Part shown: positions 15,734 to 25,231 of the stretch, one piece after another
How positions within the stretch are numbered: position 1 is the first letter of the stretch
Layout: every line of letters starts with the position of its first letter
Assembly (NCBI GenBank): GCA_015231405.1
Contig: JADGBR010000004.1
Location: 189-64,188 of the forward strand
Direction of reading: 5' to 3'
Origin: Candidatus Omnitrophota bacterium
GTDB lineage: Bacteria; Omnitrophota; Gorgyraeia; Tantalellales; Tantalellaceae
DNA: 64,000 nt
Notes under the pieces: generated by a model
The model's input: the letters and a program-made list of their open reading frames with translations, nothing else
Told to the model about the DNA's origin: nothing
Database searches by the model: none
Made by a program: the position numbers and the translations under genes

Positions 15734-17785
15734 GAAAGACGCCAATATAGCCAGGAGAGCCATTAATAGAACAAGCGTGAACCGTGGGTATTTCATCTCT
15801 ATCACAGAGTCCCCGGCGGCCGGAGCGCGGAAACTTATCTCGCCATCATTATTTTCAAGCGGCACAGACTTGCCTTCATAGAACGCCTTCCAGGCCGGAA
15901 AATAATTGGACCGCAAGGTGACCCTCGCCCCCCGCGCGACGCCCGCGAGGGCGACTTTTTTCCCGTAGAAATCGTTATCCGTGACTTCCGCGTTCCCTCC
16001 TCCTTCCACAAAAGCGCTCGCGAGATCAGCCCCGCCGAACATGAATATATTCCACGGACCGTACTCCCCCATCTTTTGATAATATTGCGGATACCCCGAA
16101 AAATAATTTTTCGACTTTTCGTTCCACATCACCAGGTATTTAACGCCCCATTTGCGGAGTATACCGTTCATTTCGTCGATCCCGCACTCGTCGATCAGTT
16201 TCCCCCTGAAATACCCGCCCGTGAACCCGTGCACCCTATAAGGCGAATGATGGAACCCGTCCTGGCCGTTGGAAAAGAAAAGCTTACCGGTCTCCAATTG
16301 AAGAAGAGGTATCCAGTGGAATTCCGGGATAACGACCCTGCCCCAATGCAGGAAATGCTGGTTATTTTCAACCGCTATGAACCGCCCCGGAAGATGTTTT
16401 ATGACTTTTACCAGTTTATTCTCTGAGAATTGCGCGGGATCCAGATAACGCATTTTCTCGGGACCCCAGATGCTTCCGATAAAAGCAAGAGCGAGACATA
16501 TTGTCCCTATAAAAACGGGGATATTCCTTTTTCCGCCGTATGACGCGGCCACAAATGCCCCAAGTATAGCGCTTATAAAGAACGGCATCATAGAGTGTAT
16601 CCTGCTGAAGATAAGCTGATATTCCATAGGGTAAATGATATGGATGACTACAACCGCTACCGCCGAGATCGCCGGAAAAGCGTATCTCCTGGCGAACACA
16701 AACACATAAATGATCAAAGCGATAAAAATGAACAAAAACTGCGCGCCGTTCGAGAATTCCCAATTGCCCGGCCATAAAACACGGACCAATTTCGTTAATG
16801 TCTCTTGCGCCCAATTATAGGCAGTAACGCCACCCGGTATATATTTTTCATTTTCGGAGATAATATATCCGGGATATAGGAACTGGTAGATCGTGAACGG
16901 AAGCGTCGTAAAGAACATCATCGCTCCCATAACCGGAAGTTTTCTTATCACCTTCCATCCCGGACGGACAACCGTATAAACACCCAAAAAGAGCACGGTA
17001 TAAAAGAAAACCCCCAAATGGGCGTAGAATATCAGGGTCAGCGTCAATAGCGTCATCGGGAACGCGAACGCCTTACCGTGCTTAGCCCTCTCGTAAAAAG
17101 CGAAAGCCGCCGGAGCCAGGACTACCCCCAGAAAACACCCCACCATCCCGAAATAAAGCAGGTCCTGGATAAAAACCAGTTCCAGAATACCGGCCAAAGG
17201 CATTACCGGTATGAACTTTTTCGAGTCCTCCAGGGGAAAGGCGCTCTTAAGGTAAAAGAACACTGCGGCCGGAAATAACAGAAAAAAAGAAAAGAGCATC
17301 ATGTGATACGCGACTTTCCACCCGGCAAAAAGAAAGGGCCAAATGAATAATATCAGGTTCGTCCCCATTTCCGTCGCGGTAAAATACCCGCCGACAAGCG
17401 ACGAGTTCCACCCGAAATACCCGCCCTGCTTAAGCGCCTCGAGCCCCTTGACCGTATGGTAATATACGACCGGAAAATCGTCTTCCGCGATATATTTACC
17501 CCAGTCCTTCAAAGGGAACACGCTGATAAACGCCGCCGCCAGGAAAAGCAAGGTCAACCCCGGCAGTATGAACCGGTTTTGTACGATACGGGCGGGTACA
17601 CCGGAAAGGATATTCTCCGGAATAAAATAACTCGCCGCGAAAATAGAGTAAAAACCGCAAATCGCCCACGGGTTCGGATTGTAAGCCACACCCTTAAAAG
17701 CCCCCAACGACATTAGCCCAAAAAAAGCCAGCGTTAGAGCCCAAAACTCTTTCTCAAAAAAGTGGAATTTGAATATCTTTCTCAT
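15704..17785 (-). CDS. Multi-pass membrane protein, probable GT-C fold glycosyltransferase (YfhO-like)
   Basis: 693 aa, more than 10 hydrophobic helices, EDDFP acidic motif after the first TMs, GWN....GGY motif, C-terminal NYFPAWKA. Confidence 0.65.
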   Translation of the reverse strand: MRKIFKFHFFEKEFWALTLAFFGLMSLGAFKGVAYNPNPWAICGFYSIFAASYFIPENILSGVPARIVQNRFILPGLTLLFLAAAFISVFPLKDWGKYIAEDDFPVVYYHTVKGLEALKQGGYFGWNSSLVGGYFTATEMGTNLILFIWPFLFAGWKVAYHMMLFSFFLLFPAAVFFYLKSAFPLEDSKKFIPVMPLAGILELVFIQDLLYFGMVGCFLGVVLAPAAFAFYERAKHGKAFAFPMTLLTLTLIFYAHLGVFFYTVLFLGVYTVVRPGWKVIRKLPVMGAMMFFTTLPFTIYQFLYPGYIISENEKYIPGGVTAYNWAQETLTKLVRVLWPGNWEFSNGAQFLFIFIALIIYVFVFARRYAFPAISAVAVVVIHIIYPMEYQLIFSRIHSMMPFFISAILGAFVAASYGGKRNIPVFIGTICLALAFIGSIWGPEKMRYLDPAQFSENKLVKVIKHLPGRFIAVENNQHFLHWGRVVIPEFHWIPLLQLETGKLFFSNGQDGFHHSPYRVHGFTGGYFRGKLIDECGIDEMNGILRKWGVKYLVMWNEKSKNYFSGYPQYYQKMGEYGPWNIFMFGGADLASAFVEGGGNAEVTDNDFYGKKVALAGVARGARVTLRSNYFPAWKAFYEGKSVPLENNDGEISFRAPAAGDSVIEMKYPRFTLVLLMALLAILASFLFFSRDGDK

Positions 17786-17951
17786 AATAATATTTGAACA
17801 TTACGTAGTATACTCCAAAGTATTCTAATAATAAAGGTTTACAGCCTGTCTGGCCGTCAATAATTCATGCACAGATCAGCGGATTTATTTGCACAAAATA
17901 ACATGACACCTCCTCTTTACTTCCAGACAAGCTCCATGATAAACTTACCAA

Positions 17952-18851
17952 ATGACGCCAACGTTCATATCTATAATCATTCCCGCGTTCAACGACTCGA
18001 AAGGGCTGAGAGCCACGCTCGACTCGCTCCTGGCTTTGACATATCCCCGCGACCGAACGGAGCTTATCATCATCGACAATAATTCGACAGACGGCACGTT
18101 CGAGGCCGCGGTATCATACAGGGATAAATACTCGTCCCTCATAAAGTCCGAGAAAGAAACCTCGCGCCAAAGCTCTTATGCCGCCCGCAATAAGGGGATA
18201 TCGCTCGCTTCCGGCGAAATAATTGTTTTTCTGGACGCCGACATGACAGTCGCCCCTGACTTCCTTGACAGGATAAACGCGTTCTTCAATACCACCGGCG
18301 CCGAATATGCCGGGTATGATGTCCGGATCCTTACCGGGGATAAACCAAATATCTATGAACTCTACGACAAACTGAACGCCTTCCCCGTAAAAGGATACCT
18401 GGAAGCAAGGCACTTCGCCCCCACATGCGCGCTGGCCGTAAATAAAAGGATATTCGATAAGACAGGATCATTCGACAGCACCCTCGGATCAAGCGGGGAC
18501 TACGAATTCGGCAACAGGGCGCATAATAAAGGCATTAAACAACATTTCGTTCCCGATATAACCGTATATCACCCCGCAAGGGCAACTTTAAGCTCACACT
18601 TCTCAAAAGCCATCCGAATAGGAAAAGGCCGTTCCGTTGTAAGATCTAAAGGCATAAAACTAAGCTATGAACCCGGAAAAGAATATTACCGTTATGGTTT
18701 TATTAAGAAAGAAAAGGACACCTTGGCCCTCTGGGATTCTGTCGGACCCACCAAGAAACTCCTGATGATCATACTTTCAAAGGCCCTATTCATAGTCAAA
18801 TCCCTTAGCTGCATTCTCGATACCGCCAGCAGGTGGTCAGGTGGTCGTTGA
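17952..18851 (+). CDS. Glycosyltransferase family 2
   Basis: ISIIIPAFN, DNNSTDGT, YAARNKG, FLDAD. Confidence 0.9.
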   Translation: MTPTFISIIIPAFNDSKGLRATLDSLLALTYPRDRTELIIIDNNSTDGTFEAAVSYRDKYSSLIKSEKETSRQSSYAARNKGISLASGEIIVFLDADMTVAPDFLDRINAFFNTTGAEYAGYDVRILTGDKPNIYELYDKLNAFPVKGYLEARHFAPTCALAVNKRIFDKTGSFDSTLGSSGDYEFGNRAHNKGIKQHFVPDITVYHPARATLSSHFSKAIRIGKGRSVVRSKGIKLSYEPGKEYYRYGFIKKEKDTLALWDSVGPTKKLLMIILSKALFIVKSLSCILDTASRWSGGR

Positions 18852-19398
18852 CGAGCCCGGTCGCCTGCATATGAGCGTAAATGATCGTAGACCCGACGAA
18901 TGACATGCCGCGTTTCTTCAGGTCCTTCGACAAAGCGTCGCTTTCCTGACTGGTCACGGGGATATCTTTCATTGTTCGGCGGCGGTTCACGATAGGCTTA
19001 CCGCCCACAAAAGACCAAATATATCCGTCAAAACTCCCGAACTCCTTCTGTATCGCGAGAAAGGCCCGGGCGTTCTTACGCGCGGAAAAGATCTTAAGCC
19101 GGTTCCTGATGATCCCGGGATCGCTCATCAGCTTTTCAAGTTCCCCGTCCGTCATTACGGCGACTTTCCTGGGATCAAAATCCCTGAACGCCTTCCGGTA
19201 GCCTTCCCTCCGGCATAATATCGTATACCAGCTCAATCCCGCCTGCGCGCCCTCAAGTATCAGGAACTCAAAATGCTTCCGGTCATCCCGAACCGGCATT
19301 CCCCACTCGGTATCATGATAACGCGCGTAAACAGGCTTATCCATAACTCCCCAGGGGCAACGGATCCTGTCTTTCGTTTTTTTTGGCATATTTTTCAT
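18805..19398 (-). CDS. tag: DNA-3-methyladenine glycosylase I
   Basis: RCPW, YHDTEWG, LEGAQAGLSW, IIRNRLKI, GLVNDH...C. Confidence 0.95.
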   Translation of the reverse strand: MKNMPKKTKDRIRCPWGVMDKPVYARYHDTEWGMPVRDDRKHFEFLILEGAQAGLSWYTILCRREGYRKAFRDFDPRKVAVMTDGELEKLMSDPGIIRNRLKIFSARKNARAFLAIQKEFGSFDGYIWSFVGGKPIVNRRRTMKDIPVTSQESDALSKDLKKRGMSFVGSTIIYAHMQATGLVNDHLTTCWRYRECS

Positions 19399-19652
19399 TG
19401 CACAGCGACTTTGTGGACGATCTCTGAAATGAATGTCTGATATCCCACACCAAGTTTAGCGGCCTTTTCCTTGATCTTTCTTATATCGCCGCTATTGACC
19501 CGTATCGTCATCACTTTGTCTTTTTTTCTGGCAAGAAGCGCCTGTTCCACTTCCCGCAATTCTTTGCCGCTCACTTTAACATACTCTCCCCGCATCAAAG
19601 CGTTCTCTATGGCTTTTTCTTCTTTGGTTAGTTTTATCTTCTTCATTCGCAC
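19395..19652 (-). CDS. CopG/BrnA-like ribbon-helix-helix antitoxin-family protein
   Basis: KDKVMTIRVNSGD...IKEKA...GVGYQTFI; GGAG RBS; ATGA overlap with tag. Confidence 0.8.
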   Translation of the reverse strand: MRMKKIKLTKEEKAIENALMRGEYVKVSGKELREVEQALLARKKDKVMTIRVNSGDIRKIKEKAAKLGVGYQTFISEIVHKVAVQ

Positions 19653-19696
19653 CTACTCCTTTTTTTACATGTTTATTTTATATTAATTTTAGTATA

Positions 19697-19710
19697 TTTA
19701 CAAGTGTAAA
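19697..19710. promoter_or_regulatory. Inverted repeat TTTACA-AG-TGTAAA, candidate RHH operator
   Basis: Perfect 6-bp palindrome in the AT-rich region 45 bp upstream of the RHH gene. Confidence 0.45.
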
Positions 19711-19799
19711 CACATACTCACCTTACAGATTCTTGCGATCGGTGCAAAATGGTACTAGTTCTGTTATGGTAGAGATAAAAGCGCCGCGCCGTCATGCCA

Positions 19800-19927
19800 C
19801 GCCGTCATTGCGAGGAGGCCAAAGGCCGACGAAGCAATCCCTGTAAAATATTTCCCGATACTTGTATTTTGAAAATTTGGATAATTGATGGGATCGCTTC
19901 GTCGCTTCGCTCCTCGCGATGACGGCG
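19800..19927. repeat. REP-like palindromic element (GTCATTGCGAG...GAAGCAATC / GATCGCTTC...CTCGCGATGAC)
   Basis: Arms cgccgtcattgcgagga 19800-19816 and tcctcgcgatgacggcg 19911-19927; inner arms gacgaagcaatccc 19828-19841 and gggatcgcttcgtc 19890-19903; side hairpins ggccaaaggcc and gcttcgc. Confidence 0.8.
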
Positions 19928-19976
19928 GTATATCTCGCAACTTAACTTTTACGCAAAATGCGAGTTGACTCCTGGC

Positions 19977-20006
19977 TTTACAACACCTCACACACCGTGC
20001 TAAACT
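19977..20006 (+). promoter_or_regulatory. Candidate sigma70 promoter of the GT-C gene
   Basis: TTTACA, 18-nt spacer, TAAACT with extended TGn; 12 nt before ATG 20019. Confidence 0.35.
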
Positions 20007-20018
20007 GAAAGTATTCTT

Positions 20019-21860
20019 ATGGTTATCCTTATCCCTATCTGTTTCCTGTTTCTCTGGGCTGACATTTTCATTCGTAATAGATCGAAGAATGAAGACAGCC
20101 CTCTAAGAGTTTCTTTCCTTTACACCTCTATCTTTCTCGGCACAGCGATAACTTTCATCAATGAAACGTTGAGCCTGTTCGCCCGGCTAACCTTTAATAA
20201 TGTCGCCATATTCTGGCTGGCTACCATAATTTTCGCTATTGTCTGGCTTATAAAACAAAAGCAAGGCTGGAAACACTTTAAAGAGATCATCATCCCGGAG
20301 TTATCCCCCTTCGAAAAATTCATGCTCTCTTCGGTCATAGCCATAGTCGCGCTAATCGGCATAACTGCCGTAGTGGCTCCGCCCAACACCAGCGACGCCA
20401 TGGTCTACCACATGAGCCGCGTAATGCATTGGATCCAGAACAAGTCGGTAAAGTTCTACCCCACAAACATCCTCCGCCAGCTCCACATGAATCCCGGCGC
20501 CGAATACATTATCCTCCACCTGCAGCTACTCGCAGGCGGCGACCGTTTCGCCAACATGGTCCAATGGTTCGCCATGACGGCGAGTCTCATCGGCGTTTCG
20601 CTGATAGCTAAAAAGCTCGGTGCGGATAGAAAAACCCAAATAACCTCGGTTGTGATCGCCGCTACCATCCCGATGGGCATACTCCAGGGCTCAAGCACCC
20701 AGAACGATTATGTGACAACTTATTGGACGGTCTCATTCGTCTATTTCGTCCTATCAGCTCTGAGCCCCGCGAACCCCGCCCGATCTATCCCGTTAGGCCT
20801 TTCCCTGGGCCTGGCCATACTCACCAAAGCCACCGCGTATATTTACAACGCACCGTTCGCTCTATGGTTATTGGTGACAGCCCTGGCAAGAAAACGATCG
20901 GAATTCCTGAAATTGATAACGGTAATTTGTTCGTTAATACTGATATTGAATTCCGGCCACTATATAAGGAATTTTCATTTTTACAATAATCCCATAGGCC
21001 CCATCGAGGAGAGCCCGGCGTCGAAATACACCAACGATATCCTCACCCCGGCGAGCGTATTATCCAATTCCCTTAAGAATATCTCGCTTCACCTGGGAAC
21101 TCCATCCAGAGCGGTCAATAGGCATATAGAGGATGCTCTTCGAAAAATAAACGCCACTACCGGCCTGGATATTAACGACCCCAAAACGACCTGGCCGAAT
21201 TACAAAATAAATAAAATGACGAACCATGAGGATAAAGCCGGTAATCCTGTCCATTTATTACTCATCCTGGCCGCAATTATCTTCATCCCCTTATCGAAGA
21301 AGACCAAGGATAAAACCCAGGCTATGCTATATTGCTCGTCAATTGTTCTTTCTTTCCTGCTATTTTCAGCCATCCTCAAATGGCAACCTTTCCACAGCCG
21401 CCTTCACTTACCGTTCTTTGTTCTTTTCGCGCCGGCTATCGCCATGATAATACCCGGTATAAGATACAAAATACTAACTCCGGTCTTATTGACGCTATCG
21501 ATCCCCTGGGTCCTTTACAACAGCTCCTCCCCCTTAATAGGCAAGCAGAACATATTCTCGAAAGACCGCGCGAGCCAGTATTTTGTCACCCGCACGGAGC
21601 TTGAACTACCATATCGGGCCGCGGGCCGTTACTTTGCTACAGAGTCCGTCGGCATTAAGACTGTAACCCTTAAAACCGGGATCAATTCATGGGAATATCC
21701 GCTCTGGATCATTCTTGAAAAAATGAAGATCGATACCGGCGAGATCAATTACCCCTGGGTATCGGTAGACGACTCTGCCAGAGAACTTAATATCCAGGTT
21801 GATCCTGATAAGAAAATAACCTTTAAATTCGGCCCGGAAAGAAAAATGCTTGATCGGTAA
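20019..21860 (+). CDS. GT-C fold (ArnT/PMT-like) membrane glycosyltransferase
   Basis: 613 aa, many TM helices, PPNTSDAMVYH, STQND, LAILTK motifs. Confidence 0.8.
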   Translation: MVILIPICFLFLWADIFIRNRSKNEDSPLRVSFLYTSIFLGTAITFINETLSLFARLTFNNVAIFWLATIIFAIVWLIKQKQGWKHFKEIIIPELSPFEKFMLSSVIAIVALIGITAVVAPPNTSDAMVYHMSRVMHWIQNKSVKFYPTNILRQLHMNPGAEYIILHLQLLAGGDRFANMVQWFAMTASLIGVSLIAKKLGADRKTQITSVVIAATIPMGILQGSSTQNDYVTTYWTVSFVYFVLSALSPANPARSIPLGLSLGLAILTKATAYIYNAPFALWLLVTALARKRSEFLKLITVICSLILILNSGHYIRNFHFYNNPIGPIEESPASKYTNDILTPASVLSNSLKNISLHLGTPSRAVNRHIEDALRKINATTGLDINDPKTTWPNYKINKMTNHEDKAGNPVHLLLILAAIIFIPLSKKTKDKTQAMLYCSSIVLSFLLFSAILKWQPFHSRLHLPFFVLFAPAIAMIIPGIRYKILTPVLLTLSIPWVLYNSSSPLIGKQNIFSKDRASQYFVTRTELELPYRAAGRYFATESVGIKTVTLKTGINSWEYPLWIILEKMKIDTGEINYPWVSVDDSARELNIQVDPDKKITFKFGPERKMLDR

Positions 21861-21866
21861 AGCATA

Positions 21867-22883
21867 TCATTTAATATCCTTGGATAGATACCCCGCTAGC
21901 ACCTGCGCCACGACGTTCTGGCCTTTAGCGTCCCATGAACTGCGCAACCAGACATAACTGCCGTGTTCACCTTCGTATCGGACAGCCTTAGGGACGATCC
22001 CCACGAAAGTGATCCCGTTCTTCTCGGCGGCGGCCTGAATATCCTTAAAGAAAGGATCTTCCTCATCGGACGGAATAATATATATTTTTTTACCTGAGGG
22101 AACGATAGCCTTGATCTTAACTAAAACGGTCTCAAAGTTCCCCCTGGCTCTTTCATAAGACTTGTCTTCACCTTTGCGTATTTTAGCGAATTGTTCTTTT
22201 TGCCTGTTAAGATATAGTTTCCGGTAAATGATATTTCCTATCTCGCTCAAAGCTACCGACCCAAGATCTAACCCCAGAAAGAATAAACCACGATACGAAT
22301 TTTTATAGAAAATTTCACCCTTTTCCGATAAATACGGTCTCGCATGAGTTCTCGCGATAAACCCGGAGGAATAACATTCAGCCTCTAGCATAGGGTCGGC
22401 ATATACGATGTCCGTGAATCTTGTCTGAAAAACTATAATATCCGGATCGATCTTTTTGATCCATTCTTCCAAAACAAGATATTTCTGAAGCATCCCATAC
22501 CCTTCGACGGCATAAACAAATATTTCTATCGCTAAAGAATTCGCGAGAAGCCGCGGATAGGTATACGCGTTTGGCATATATATCGACTGGGTAACTCCGT
22601 CCCCGATAAAGAGGACTTTCTTCTTTCCCTTCGGCTTCAAGCTCCCGAAAGATATGAACCCGTTATCGTCATATTTGATATTCTGCTCATATGAGATCCC
22701 GTAATTGTCCGAAAGAAATCCTTTATATGTGTAGCCCGGCCTGGTTTTCCAACCTAATTTCGCATCCTTAACGATACACCCTCTCCCCGGAACGTCGCTA
22801 AACCAGAATCTGGATCCGGCTTCAATAGCCACCATAGCCACGATGACAAAAACAGCCGTTTTAATTATCTTCACCATTCGCAC
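21867..22883 (-). CDS. Membrane-anchored SGNH/GDSL-fold protein with degenerate catalytic motifs
   Basis: N-terminal TM + EAGSR, D..LGW..RPG, block I FIGDGVT, block II VEGYG..Q, block V SSWDAKGQ. Confidence 0.7.
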   Translation of the reverse strand: MRMVKIIKTAVFVIVAMVAIEAGSRFWFSDVPGRGCIVKDAKLGWKTRPGYTYKGFLSDNYGISYEQNIKYDDNGFISFGSLKPKGKKKVLFIGDGVTQSIYMPNAYTYPRLLANSLAIEIFVYAVEGYGMLQKYLVLEEWIKKIDPDIIVFQTRFTDIVYADPMLEAECYSSGFIARTHARPYLSEKGEIFYKNSYRGLFFLGLDLGSVALSEIGNIIYRKLYLNRQKEQFAKIRKGEDKSYERARGNFETVLVKIKAIVPSGKKIYIIPSDEEDPFFKDIQAAAEKNGITFVGIVPKAVRYEGEHGSYVWLRSSWDAKGQNVVAQVLAGYLSKDIK

Positions 22884-23848
22884 CTGCGTTTAATTATTCT
22901 GAGAAACGATACAAGAATAACGTTTTCAATTTTATTTACAAACTGCACGATATGATACAACATTTTGTTTTGCCGTATAAACATTTTTTTCAGGGCCAGC
23001 AGGGATACAGCCTTAATGTTGAGTGGATCCCCCGATAAGGAAAGTTCCATATTATTCCTAGCCGCCTCATCCTGATCTAAAAACAGATAATTAACGGCAT
23101 TATTAAAGAAGACCCTGGATATCATCCTCTTCCTGTCCGGTTCGCGTATCTCGGGATTTCGCTTAAATGTTTTATCCAGAACGTATAGATCTTCGCCCCT
23201 TGCTTTCTCAAGGTCCTTAAGAACTGTTCCCCCGTATTTTCTGTACATGATAAGAGGCTCTTCAACATACCCGGCAGTGAACTTCTCCGCCAGTCTTATC
23301 CAAAGGTCCCAATCCGCCGGGAGAAATATATTTTCATCGTAATAGCCGACATCATCGAAACACTGTTTCCTCACAATAACCGAAGAATTACAGATAAAAT
23401 TGCCAAATAACAGCTCATGCGCCGTTTTTTCCGGCATATAACTTTGGTACTTATTATGTTTTCTTATGATCTTTTTGTCTTCACTCACAATATAAGCCGA
23501 GCTGTACACAAAACCCGTATCCGGATATTTCCCAAAATATTTAACCGTCCTAGCGACCTTTTCCGGCATATAAAGATCATCACTGTCGAGAACCCCGACA
23601 AACTCCCCACCCGCCATTTTTATACCGATATTCCTCGCGACACACGCTCCCTCATTTTTCTTTTTAACATACTTTATCGTGCCTTGAGAAAGATATTTCC
23701 CGAGCGCTCCTTCGGTATTATCAGTCGAACCGTCATCAACCACAATTATCTCGATATCCCCATATGTCTGGGCAATAACGCTTTCGACCGCCTCAGTCAC
23801 TAGATTTGCCCTATTATACGTAGTTATTACGATGGTGACCTTTTTCAT
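22871..23848 (-). CDS. Glycosyltransferase family 2
   Basis: VTIVITTYNR, VVDDGSTDNT, ARNIG, LDSDD, DWDLWIR. Confidence 0.92.
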   Translation of the reverse strand: MKKVTIVITTYNRANLVTEAVESVIAQTYGDIEIIVVDDGSTDNTEGALGKYLSQGTIKYVKKKNEGACVARNIGIKMAGGEFVGVLDSDDLYMPEKVARTVKYFGKYPDTGFVYSSAYIVSEDKKIIRKHNKYQSYMPEKTAHELLFGNFICNSSVIVRKQCFDDVGYYDENIFLPADWDLWIRLAEKFTAGYVEEPLIMYRKYGGTVLKDLEKARGEDLYVLDKTFKRNPEIREPDRKRMISRVFFNNAVNYLFLDQDEAARNNMELSLSGDPLNIKAVSLLALKKMFIRQNKMLYHIVQFVNKIENVILVSFLRIIKRRCEW

Positions 23849-25218
23849 ATATCGCTACCGGACTTATTCCTAATATCGCAGTATTTTTTCCACAGGACAG
23901 TATTACGCAAACGTTTCTTAAGGAACCTTTTCATATCATACCCGTACACCAGCTTATCCCAATTTTTATGAAAATATCTTATTTTTCGCTTATGCTCTTC
24001 AGGATAGTTCAGCACAGTATCGCGCCTCTCAGAGGAAAAACTGCCGTAAAGTTCTTCATTCACAAGCCCTTCCTCAAAACATTTATCCCCCAGGGCGGTC
24101 CCTTTGTACGGATAAAAGATATTTATCCCGCTCGTTGTCGGCCTTATTCTTCTATTCAGCGCTATCGTATCCCTCATCATTTTTTCAGTCTCACCCGGAA
24201 CTCCGATGATATTAACGGCATTCGTCTCTATCCCATTTTTTCTGACGATCTCAAAAGCGCGAACAATAGTCTCTTCCGACATGTTCCGCCTCATAACGTC
24301 GTTCCTTATATGGTCATTCCCTGACTCAACCCCTATGGTTATACGAAAACACCCGGAATCTTTTAAAAGCCTGACAAATTCCTCATCAATTATATTCGCC
24401 CTCAAAAGACACATGAACTTGATCCCTATCCTTTTCTTATACAATTCGCAGAATTCACGCCTCCACTCCTTATCTATCCCAAATATATCGTCACCTATCA
24501 GAACGCGCGGGATATCCATTTTACTTCTAACTTCCTCTATCTCCCGGATGCTTGACTCGGGACTCCTGTACCTTGGGTTGTTAGACTTTATCCCATACCT
24601 CTTAGCGATAGCGTGATTACTGCAATAAGTACAATTGTAGGGACACCCTCGCGAGAAAAGGAACGGAACATAGTTAGTCTCTCGCAATACATCCTTCATC
24701 GGATATGCGTCTCTATCCGGATATGGGAGAGTGTCCAGATCGCTAATGAGAGGCTTTAACCTGTTCACGACCAGCTCACCCTTCCTCACATATGCAGTGT
24801 TATCGACCTCTCTCGGTTCCTTCCCGTACTCAAGCGCCCCGAGAAATTCGCGAAAAGAGTTCTCGGATTCCCCGACGAAAACCATGTCCAGGTCTCTCGT
24901 CTCAATAACACATTCGGGATACAGGGTAGGATGCACGCCGCCGCAAATATTCAATATCTCTTTGTCAATTGACCGTACTATTCCGGCCATCTCTTTAACA
25001 AAAGAGAATTGTGACGAGACAGAGGAAAACCCGACCAAACGCGGCTTGAATTCGGATACTTCCCGGGCGAACTCGCTGTAATCGTCTTTTGACCGGACGA
25101 CCAAAACCTTAAGCTCCGAACCGCTCTCCCGCGCGACGCTAACTATCGAAGCCAATCCGAAAGAATAGCAATCCACATGATAACCGTTGATATTAGGATA
25201 TACAAATAAACATCTCAC
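23845..25218 (-). CDS. Cobalamin-binding radical SAM enzyme
   Basis: GGVHPT, VGESE, SRGCPYNCTYC, GVESG. Confidence 0.92.
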   Translation of the reverse strand: MRCLFVYPNINGYHVDCYSFGLASIVSVARESGSELKVLVVRSKDDYSEFAREVSEFKPRLVGFSSVSSQFSFVKEMAGIVRSIDKEILNICGGVHPTLYPECVIETRDLDMVFVGESENSFREFLGALEYGKEPREVDNTAYVRKGELVVNRLKPLISDLDTLPYPDRDAYPMKDVLRETNYVPFLFSRGCPYNCTYCSNHAIAKRYGIKSNNPRYRSPESSIREIEEVRSKMDIPRVLIGDDIFGIDKEWRREFCELYKKRIGIKFMCLLRANIIDEEFVRLLKDSGCFRITIGVESGNDHIRNDVMRRNMSEETIVRAFEIVRKNGIETNAVNIIGVPGETEKMMRDTIALNRRIRPTTSGINIFYPYKGTALGDKCFEEGLVNEELYGSFSSERRDTVLNYPEEHKRKIRYFHKNWDKLVYGYDMKRFLKKRLRNTVLWKKYCDIRNKSGSDI

Positions 25219-25231
25219 AAAATACCGGCTC

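Noticed and set aside
19764-19991. 75-aa ORF on the minus strand
   Set aside because: It is a translation of the palindromic repeat (SSRGAKRRSDP, IASSAFGLLAMT) and overlaps a promoter region
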